A stretch of 64,000 bases of DNA from Octopus vulgaris (lineage: Eukaryota): positions 36,952,001 through 37,016,000 of the forward strand of contig OX597817.1 in the NCBI GenBank assembly GCA_951406725.2, in the 5' to 3' direction. The notes below the pieces were generated by a model. The model was not told the origin of the DNA. It worked only from the letters and a program-made list of their open reading frames with translations, and did not search any database. Every line of letters starts with the position of its first letter. The stretch's first letter is position 1. The translations under genes and the position numbers were made by a program. Shown here piece by piece: positions 53,241-64,000 of the stretch.

Positions 53241-54074
53241 CTGTTTCGTAGGGACAATGAATATTTTCTCATCTTTGATTATATTTTCTTCTAGAATGAA
53301 GACACACTATATGTAATAAATCGTATCCAGAATAAAATAGGATAAGTAGGAAAAAGAAATAATAGAAAAGATATATAAAATACCATTGTAACAAAGTAAA
53401 AAATATTAGAATACCATCTATTATTTAGAAGCAAAAGGGATACTGAATCATCGTGTATATATCGATAGAAGCATATAGTAATGTACAAGCCTGCTTTGCA
53501 CAAATGTATATATGGATTTTATTCTCTGCGGTATAAAGTGTCTATATATATTATTCATCTATGTATATTTTATATATATATCTTTAAACAGTTTTTTTTA
53601 ACTTACTTTACATTTTATATAATTTCTCGTCTCAAATATATATATTTTTTTGTATTAAAAAGTTATCTGTATTTTATCATTCACGCTGAATATAATAAGA
53701 AATACGAAAAAAAAAAATATCCCAAAGCCATTTAAAGAAGGAAATTACTTAGGTTAGCGCTATTTCCTTGTTTGTCGCAAATTTCTGTCTTGACATTTAC
53801 AATGTTATAGTAGATGAAATCAATCTACACTGCATGTCCCACAGTATTTCATTTCATTCTATCGACGCTTCTTTTGTATTTCACTCACTTCCATTTATTT
53901 CACTATACAGAGAACTTAGTTTAGTGGAATTCCATCTCCTGCTTTCCTTTACATCGCATCGGATCATCGGATCAATATCATTCGATTTATAAGTTTAGAT
54001 ACTTATAGCGTATATGAGCAAAGAATGATTATATGTTTGCCTGTATGTATACGTGAATGCGAATGTGTGTATAC

Positions 54075-54116
<42 letters not shown>

Positions 54117-55309
54117 CTGATAAAAAAATAATCATAATAAAAATGAACACGTACATATGAAAATAAATATACACATACACATGAAAAGATATTTAAGAAC
54201 CAAGACAACTCTTCTACATCTTGATTTAATTCGTGATCAATTTTAATTTTATGGTTTCACTCTCTACGCTAACGAACATACTTCTCACTACGGTTCGAAT
54301 TTCAATTGATTAAAGATTATATTCTACCTACGGCAATAGATGTGACAGCCTACACGTTACACATACATACATACATACATATATGAACATTATATAGATG
54401 TATTTATGTTTATCAAGTACGCTTGCATGCATACAATGAACGTATCAGAAGGTTTTCTATTGGTGCTTATATATGTATTAGCCTATTATTGTGTAAATTA
54501 TCATATCCTTATAATGTGTCTGGCTTGACAGACACATTATATAAATACAACATACATGCACACATGTAAGGTATTTTATGTGTATTCGCATTCATATTAC
54601 ATTTATACGTGTGTGCGTGTGTATGTGCGCCTGCAAAAATAGATTATGTTTCCATAAAATTTTGTCGGTGACTTATCTACATTTAACAATTGATTGTATA
54701 TTTTATATTACAAAAGAATGTGCTGCAGAATTATCAAAGCTCGGTTAAATATATATAGAAATACAGATACGCTTTGATAGCAAGTATTAATCACACTATG
54801 AACTAATTAAGCCTTTTCTAACTATTTGATTCAGTTAACTTCATTTATCGAACATGAAAGTGAGACATAATATAATGATCAAACCTCCAACTTAAACAAT
54901 TTTCAAAGTTTTATCAGCAGAATAAATAACAATGGAAAAAGAAAAGTATAATCGATATAAACATCCGTAAAAGTATTATTAATCTTACAGAACACAATCC
55001 CAACAGCAATTTTCCTTTTTTTATTTTCCTGTGTAGAAAAAATTTCAAAAAATTATATGTGTTAATATAGAGGGCAACTAAGGAGTACTTTAATAAAGGA
55101 TAATTTTCAAACACAGGACTTATTTTTTTTAAAATAAGAAAATTAATCATGGAAACGTGACAGAAAATTGGCTTTTACTGGAATAATGTAGTGTATCTTG
55201 ATTGTATTTATGTGTTACTTAACATGATTACAGTTGTTTGTTTGTTTTTTAAAGGTATATTTGTAAATACTTATTCGGCTTTCTTTATACTACTAATCTC
55301 TTACCTTAG

Positions 55310-55563
55310 ACAGTGTAAATGGCGATGCTGTACTATACCCATCAGTATGTATAAGTATTCCTAGGGAGAGAAACGATTGCAAGAAACGAGCTCTGGAAAA
55401 AGAACGACACAGTTGTGTGGAAGGTAAATTTGGGAAATTATTTAGGACAGTGTCTGAGAGCGCGGATATGGTGGATGTAAAATCACAAAGTATATATCGG
55501 AAGGAGATGGAATTCGTCCCAACAGCGGCAAATGGGAACGCCGAAGCATTTCTGCCCTTTTAG
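55310..55563 (+). CDS. candidate terminal coding exon (unknown product)
   Basis: Branch-point-like TACTAAT and CTCTTACCTTAG acceptor; 83 stop-free codons (SVNGDAVLYPSVC...ANGNAEAFLPF*); AATAAA at 55622 and 55661; repeat-poor downstream. Confidence 0.3.
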
Positions 55564-56719
55564 GATTTATCAATAGTGTGTTTAGCCGAAATGCGTCTCT
55601 CCGATATATACGAATACAGTGAATAAATAATCACCGGTGTTACAAGTAACTGTTTGGTTGAATAAAATCCAGCTGTATATAATAGAAGTAGATTAAAATA
55701 GCCATTAGTGTATCATACTTAATGCAGTAGATTAGATAACTACAAAATCCAGAAAAGCAAGATTTCACAAGAAGACAGTTAACAGTTAACTTTTTACCAA
55801 TGTTTGGAGAGAGTTGATGTGACGAGTTTTTACGCAAAAGAATACATATTTCTTTTTCTAAGTTTCTGTGTTCTGTAGATGAGAGGTTCTATAGTATAGA
55901 ATTTTCTCCCAAAACTGTCACAGTTTTCAAGCTGAGACTAATTTCCCAATTATAATGGGAAGTGGAGTTGAGTTGTAACAATCCTACCTAACTGAAGAAG
56001 GGTGATTAATGAAAGAGTATTACCATTCACTTAGAAATGTGTAGAGCTACATGTGGCAATATTAAAATTCACTCCAATCAACTTTTCCCTGAATAAGGAC
56101 TCTATCTAAAACGTTGAATTTTTCACTCCGCAAAGCAAGTTCGCTATATTTTTGGTTGGGTTTTCTAAATAATACAAGACTTGCCAACGCAGAACAACTA
56201 TAGTTTCTTTCGATTTAATTTTTATCACAGATGATAATATAATGCGAGTATTATAAAGATGAAAGCGTAGAAAAAAGATGACAGTCTGGAGGTGTATACA
56301 ATAACAGAGATATCATATGACAATAGATCTGAATGATTAGACATTTGATAAGCTATATCGTAGCTGTAACTATCACGTCTATATACATGGTTTATCTAAT
56401 TACAGTAACAATAGGTCTTCTTTTTTTTTATTAAAAACAGCACAGTATGATTTAAGAGAGAGAATTGCTGGCTGTTATTTCTAGTTTGTAGAATGTCTAC
56501 AAAGACTCTCTTTTTGGTTCAATGAGTGAAAGTTTTGCATTATGGTATCATTCATTGGAACAACAAAACCTTTATGCACTAATGCTGTTTGCAGTTAAAT
56601 TTCAAGTGCTTTTTCTAGTACCAGTCGTATCAAGTTTCCTTTAACATGTTTCTCCATTCGTTAAGATAAGATTCATCTATACACGTATTTCGGCATTGAA
56701 GGAAAACACTGGCGCTTAT

Positions 56720-57245
56720 TCTTAGATTTGAGTAGAATTCATTTGCAAGATTTCAACAGGCTTTATGGCGCAAAGTCTTTTGACTTCCACAGTCTTAGAT
56801 TTCACCACCTTTAAACTTCAATGACTCTACACATTATATTTCACACTTTATATTTCAATGGTTTTACACCTCAGTGGTGTTCGAATTCAGCAGCCTCGGA
56901 ATTCAAGTTTTATATATTTCAGCTACTTCAATTACTTTAGATGTACACTTATTTAGATTTCAAACACTTTCGACTTGATTTACTCAAACGCATTACACGT
57001 ATTTCTTTTTAGAATTTAACAAATTAGGTTTCAACAGCATTAGACTTCAATAGTTTCATAATTTCCGTGGTTTTAATACTCAATGATATTAGAAGTCAAG
57101 TGCGATAAAATTGAACCGGATTTCAACAGTTTCAAACTTATTTCATAGTTTAACAGATTTATAATTTGACCACTTGAAATTCAACTACATCAAATATCAA
57201 ACTATTTCAATAGCTTTCGATTTTAAAGCTTGCAATGCAACAGCA
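56720..57245. repeat. cryptic degenerate 16-bp minisatellite
   Basis: Consecutive units such as GACTTCCACAGTCTTA GATTTCACCACCTTTA AACTTCAATGACTCTA; consensus about GATTTCAACAGYTTTA. Confidence 0.7.
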
Positions 57246-60020
57246 ATTATTATTGTTTTTCTATTTTTGTTTATTTATTGTCTTTGGGCAGTCGGTTCTA
57301 AAACTTTTGATAGTTGCATGGAATTATAAATCAAACAAAGAATATATAATTTTACGGAAATAACACTCTTGTTATGATTATAGAAATGTATGAATAAGTT
57401 ATATATTTTGACAGACCATTGCTATGTTAAAACACCTCAGAAAAATGATGAGGCTTACTATGAAACCTGTCAGATAATTAAGTTACTTTTAAAAAGGAAC
57501 AATTACATGTGTCCCTAAGTGAGAAATGAATTTCTTGTACACATTTTAAAAGTTTATATGCATTCACAAACAGCAAATTCAATTCCAACACATTGTAAGA
57601 CAAAATGAAACTTGATATTTCTAACACCTGTTAGTTTTTTTTTTTTCTAATATAGATATTCACTTTGTTAGCAGACGAGACTACTCAACATCTTATTTCT
57701 ACTTTTACTGTTGTGATCAATAAAACTACTAACATATGCCTTCTTCCATTGCCACTGGCTGATTTCAGTGCATAAAACATTATTTTGACATCTTAATGCA
57801 TTTAGTGTGCAGCTAACAACACTGTTTCAGTTTCTTCGTTTTTATTATTTTTTTTCTCTTTATTACTTTTGTAAAGTGGTTGCTAAAACATATAGGTTAG
57901 ATAAACATCAAGAACCTTTATCTAATTATTTTAGTATGTCTTTAAAACTGAAGGTTATATTCTACTTAATATCCGTTGTAACAATGTCGATGAAGGCATT
58001 TTCTACACGGTACAGTATACGAACGGTTCATATAATTATAAACCACAAAATTTACCGATAACAAACTCCCTTCTTTAACTTAATAACTAAATTGTGTTTC
58101 TAAGAGAATAAATTGGTAAATTCATAGGAACGAAAGAGATAATGAATAACTAACGGTAACTTTAGCTTTATTAATACTCGTTTGGAACTGTGAAGACCCG
58201 ACAATAATAGAGCTTAGTTTAAATAAATATGTATGCATCTGACCTGATAGTTTATTTATGCAGAACTTTCTTTCCTTAAATTCGATTCTATTGTCATTAC
58301 GACGCTACATTTTCAGAAATCATAGTCTTATGCTGATGTTCAGTCTCTCTAGTTGTTCATTACACTATTTTACATTACTGAGGTCATTTACATTTCTTTA
58401 TATTAGTTATTACCATTAACCCAGCTACTTCGAGATACTAGCAAACTGTGTGAAATGATTTTCTTTTAAAGATTCAAAGTAAATGTTACTTAATAATGAC
58501 TACTAAACTTACAGACTACGAATATATAAAACAAATTTAAACATTTCCATTACAATTTATTACTACAAATTTATTTGTGGTACTGATCGGCACATCAGCT
58601 ATGCGCCCAAAGTTTTAAAGGTTGAATTCCTTTCTTTCACACGCACTCACACACACTCATATCACTTGATATCATGGTTAACGTTTAATAAATGTAGTAT
58701 TAAGACGTTCCTAGAAGTTTAGTTCAATACCAAAGCATTTGAGGAAACTGTAATTTTCACTACAATCATACATTTATTGACAGATATAAACATAAATCTG
58801 AACAAATGAAGATTTCTCTTTTTCACTAAAATTCAAAGGCTGTTAGATATGACAACAAGATATCGAGTAAAGAACAAACAAAAAACGGTACAAAAATGAT
58901 CACAAAACAAAATAAAGTAATTAGTTTTATTCTTGATAAATGGCAATAAGTATATAATACAGACTGTGGTAAAATGTCAGTCATGAAGAACGTGGAGAAA
59001 CAGAAGCAGAATTCTTTTAAAGTAATAGCTAAATGAAAAACAGTAGTGCAAAATTTTATTCTTTTTGTAAGAAAAGCCTCTTATGGCCAATACATGACAG
59101 GGAAAAGAGGTGAAGGACGGGAAAAAGGTTAACAGCGAGTACTGAGTTTTTGTTTAAGATCAAGACGTAAACTAAAATGAAATTCATACGATTTGGAAAT
59201 TACCAAATTCTCTCAATGGAGCACAGTATCAAATAAATGAGTGCAAAAAATGTAAAAATATTTCACAATCACATACTTTCAGGTTACTCAATCTTAGCTA
59301 CCATGATATATACACATTAAAAAAACCTCAACGCTGAAACTATGCCAACATTATGGAATATGCACAGAAAAGGAAGAGTACAAAGCCACACCATAAAAAG
59401 CCGCAGGTAATGTTCGATATGCAGATACATATATAGGCAGCAAGATTCAGGCCTTATTGTGAAACACTATCACAATAACAATGTATCCTCACTACCAGTA
59501 CCACCTCAGCATCTACCCCACCATTAAATATGTGGCCTCATGCCAATGTGAGATATCATAATTATTATTTTTGTTTTTGTTATTGTGGTGGTGGTGTTTG
59601 TTGATATTAGTGTTATTATTTATTTCAAAACAGATAAAATTACTAAAATAATATATATTTATCCGTCTTTATTTATCTATGAATGTACATGCCAATGTGC
59701 GTACGCCTATCTTACATGTTTCTACTTCACCCCATTCTTTTTCTCTCTCTATCGTTGAAGTTTAGACATGCACAATTATTCTTATTCTCAATTATTCTTG
59801 CAGTCTTTCTCTGCACCTTTTTCTCTGCAGAAGAGAGCAACTTATCCCAAGAAATATATATCAAAGCCCATATCTTAAACATGTAACGAGAAATATTTCG
59901 GTATATTTCAGTGTATAATAAGTGTGTTGTGTGTACGTACGTGCTTGTGTGTTCTTGTTTTGATATTATTATTTGTATTTGTCTGTGACAATCCACACAC
60001 AATAATTGGTAAAATTACCC

Positions 60021-60077
<57 letters not shown>

Positions 60078-60789
60078 CACACGATAATTGGAAAGTACAC
60101 ATAGGCACACACATATATGCTCATCATATATTCATAAATGTGATGTTTAAACAAACTCTGTCGCCATATTCCTTCAAAAGTAACGTATACATAATTATAT
60201 AGTAAAATTAACGGACAAGAAGCAATGTGTTAGCTTGATGCTTACATATTGACGTTGAGTTATGCATAATTGTGTATATAGAATAATACACACACATGCT
60301 TGTAAATGTATGCACAAACGCATGGAAGTGTAAGTTATACAGATATTTATATAATACCTACTTACTGGGGACTCTGTTCTACACGTATGCACTTAAAATC
60401 AGGCAGACATACGCATACTTATTTACATAGTCATACTGATAGCTTTTGAAGAATTCACAATAATGCAAAGCAAAAATAATGCATAAATAATATAAGTGCC
60501 ACACTTAAAATAATAAAGGAGTCAATGTGATCAACGAAATATCTCGAGAAGTTATGTAAGCATCGCTAATAATTAATGCAATCAATAAAAACAATATACA
60601 TAAGTATTTCACGCAATACTTTACCCACTCTACGCTACGATTATATGTATAGAATTGTTTGGATGAGCGTTTGCATATGCTTGTATGCGTTTATGTATAT
60701 GGTTGCGTGTGTGTATATATAGATAGATAGATAGATAGAGGCATTATGTATTTACGTATGATGTTTCATAAATGTATATATAGAAATAT

Positions 60790-60816
60790 ATGAACATGAT
60801 TTATCTATCTATCTAC

Positions 60817-60847
<31 letters not shown>

Positions 60848-60927
60848 TATATACATATATGTATATATATGTGTATTTATGTGTATATATATGTGTATTT
60901 ATATATATATGTATATATATATATATA

Positions 60928-60966
<39 letters not shown>

Positions 60967-60971
60967 TACGT

Positions 60972-61002
<31 letters not shown>

Positions 61003-61026
61003 ATATATATATATATATATATGTAC

Positions 61027-61109
<83 letters not shown>

Positions 61110-61140
61110 ATATATATTATATATATATATATATATATGC
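60790..61140. repeat. long interrupted (TA)n array with periodic TACG
   Basis: Directly visible. Confidence 0.95.
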
Positions 61141-61430
61141 CTACGCACACTCGTATGTGATTTTGTACATTTATGTATATCTATAAATACGTAATATTCA
61201 GTACTGGCAACTTTGGAAAGTGGCTTCTACTACAGTCCCGGGCATGAGTTTGGAACTATGGACAACCGACGCCTGCATACATATATACAACTACACATAC
61301 ACGCCCGCACATTTGTGCGTGTTTGTGTGTGTGTCTATGCACACTCACATGTGCATGTGTATATAACCGTGTACGTATGTATATAACTGTACTGCACCCC
61401 TCTCTCACTCTCTTCTCTCTCTCCCTCCCA

Positions 61431-61464
<34 letters not shown>

Positions 61465-63388
61465 GATACGTATGGCACTCTTTAATGCAACAACACAATT
61501 TCCTTTAGATATATTTATGTGTATTTATTGATGAAATGATTGACTGATAAACATTCAAATCGAACTGAATACATAAAGCAATACATAGCGACACGATTCC
61601 CATCAAGCTGTTGCTATACATTTGACCAACAATATCTGAATAAACTAGATTTTCTTTAACATAAATAATCCATAATCTTCGACTGCCTTACTTGCAAGAT
61701 GTTCGCCTTTCAGAAAATTCAATCGATAAAACGCAGTTCATTTAGACACCATATATGTCTTTATCGCTTTTCTCTCTTTCTCTCTGAATGTCTTACTTTA
61801 GATTACATTGATATTTACACAGATGTAGATGCGTAGATGCTCTTATACCTATAATTACTGTACGAACGTAGAAGATGGTATCTTCACACACAAACACCTT
61901 CCGTATGAATGTAATATAGCGCATCGTATTCGCCTCTTTTTAGTTTTCCTTTTATCCTTACACGCATATCACCTACCCCCAAACCTACACACAACGAACG
62001 CACACACGCGCATATGTGTATATATGCATATCCATTTATATATATGTGTGTGTGTATAAATGCAAACGTACTCACTCATATAATATATACAGTTCTCTCT
62101 CTCTCTCCGAATAAAAATCTTCCAAAATCTGTCTTGCTCTTCTCCCTACCTTTCTTTATGCAAAACGCGGCGTATATCTAAATGTATACGCACATACATT
62201 CTCATGTATTGTATGACTATCCGTATATTGTACAAAACAATGTAGTATCTAAAAATTAATAATCATCTAAATATATAATCGAATAATTATAGAAGTGTAC
62301 AAAAATATATATATATATATATATATACTGATTATGCATATAAACACAAATAGACAAAAAATATTCTTTTACGATATTGTTTTGTGTAACTGATTAATTC
62401 CAAATTAGCCATTAGATATGAAAACTATGCTATCCTTCTATAAGTAACATAAGGCAAACACCACAATATCAGACACATGAATATCTATGCATTTACAAAC
62501 TTGAAACGCGTTGCTACGTCTTAGAGAATAACTATAGTAATATTCACATCTGCAAAAGCAGAACTTATCAGAGTTTTTTAACCATCACCCCTTTTCACTT
62601 ACTAAAACATTTTCAACGCCTCATCACAATTCCATTCTTAATATACATACGTAATATCATACCAGAATAATTCAGAACTGAGTACGAATTTGACACGTCT
62701 CGTTACTAAACACAGTACAACTGAATACACTATGCATAGGGGATAATATATATTCGGTTTTGTTTTACTTATTTGTTCTTCGAAGTCTATTATTATTGAG
62801 ATGACTTCGTTGGTATTGCCGTTGCAAATGTTTTTACTGCGGCTGATAAACAGTTTATCATAATATTTAACTAAAAGTTAAAGACCGATAAAAAATTTGT
62901 ACAGATGCATCCGACGCCATCTACCTGCCTTTTGTCTCTCTTACCCATATAACATCTTCCACTAGCCCTCAGGGGGTCGGTACTGCTTAGTTTAAGAAGC
63001 ACTGTATTAAACTCTGTATAAAGCATTTTTTTTGTTTTTGCTGTAGTTTCAGCTCATAGCTGCAGCCATGCTGATGCACCGGCGTTTAAAAAGTTTCTTA
63101 TTCTTTACTTTACTAGAGGTAATAGCTTGTCCTATACTTTTCCTGGTGTAATAACTTGTCCAAGTTTATAATCTTAAGAATATTACTTTTTATGCTCGAA
63201 TTTTTCCATATATATATGTCCTGCTGTCCATTTCTTGTTGTTTACGTATTTCACTCGTTTTTTCTTTGTTCATTTTTCATGTTCCACGTTTTTCATGCAC
63301 CGTTGGTGACATCCTATATATATATATCATATGTAACATATGGCATAATTATAAACGGGGCAATTTTTAGCCATTTCTCCGCCAAGTG

Positions 63389-63445
63389 ATAAACAACCTT
63401 AATCGATTTCGCGAACCTCATTGTGTTCTCATCAGAGGTGTTCAC
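63389..63445 (-). ncRNA. type I hammerhead ribozyme motif, intact core, palindromic minimal helix III
   Basis: Minus strand GUGAACACCU-CUGAUGA-GAAC(ACAAUGAG)GUUC-GC-GAAA-UCGAU-UA-AGGUUGUUUAU. Confidence 0.6.
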
Positions 63446-64000
63446 ATCATTCTGACAGTCCCATGAAATACATAACAAATATTAAAATGTTCAATATATA
63501 AATATGATATTTGAATTAAGAAAATAAGTATTTTGATTTTTAGCAAGGAAATAATTGATTATATAGTTCCAATGCCTTAATTGTCCCTATTTATTCTTAA
63601 CCCCAGTGTATATAAAGAAAGCCAGGTCAGTTTTAAAAACATAGCCAGGTTAATGACGTCAAAAGCGAGAACCGAGAAAAATAATAGATTGTAATAAATA
63701 TATATTCATTCAGACATTAATAAATCTAACGCAGAGCTTTAGTTTATTGGACATCATAGAAGCATTGACCATCATAGTAGAACATATAATTCAAACCTGC
63801 CCCTAATTGTTATGATAATTAAATAGTCAGAGGGCGATTTTGTCTTAGCTGTAAATCTATGCAAAACACACACATGCATGAATTATGTATGTGTGTGTAT
63901 GTATGTATGTATATATGTATGTGTGTGTGTGTATGTATGTATATATGTGTGTGTATTCGTGTCTGCAAAAAACACCGTTTAGAAAGACAGTATTAAACGG

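Noticed and set aside
62960-63004. hAT/Charlie-like terminus (TTTAAGAAGCACTG); similar CAGGGGTC at 17465
   Set aside because: No matching opposite TIR or 8-bp TSD found

Overview
AT-rich, intron/intergenic-like eukaryotic DNA, most likely octopus (inferred from the SINE repertoire and microsatellite load). It is dominated by microsatellites and at least five short interspersed repeat families: tRNA-headed CORE-like, Nin/Deu-domain-like and (AAT)n-associated. It also carries decayed L1/Tx1-like and possibly R4/Dong and CR1/L2 LINE fragments, a Tc1-type MITE and fold-back elements. No host gene can be identified with confidence; almost all ORFs in the supplied track are microsatellite or SINE artefacts, and three candidate exons are listed at low confidence. 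The main signal is a cluster of type I hammerhead ribozyme motifs from several unrelated sequence families. Intact cores lie at ~30.15 kb (-), ~31.6 kb (+), ~34.0 kb (+) and ~63.4 kb (-); a degenerate core sits in a long G-U-rich rod within a 346-bp direct-repeat unit at ~43 kb (-); further decayed cores lie at 6.3, 29.3, 48.8 and 51.2 kb. A Penelope-like GIY-YIG endonuclease fragment is at 38.4 kb. Several of these sit in (TA)n tracts, including the tract inside SINE family A, which suggests a Penelope/retrozyme ecosystem that uses microsatellites as landing sites. All structures were folded by eye and no searches were run.
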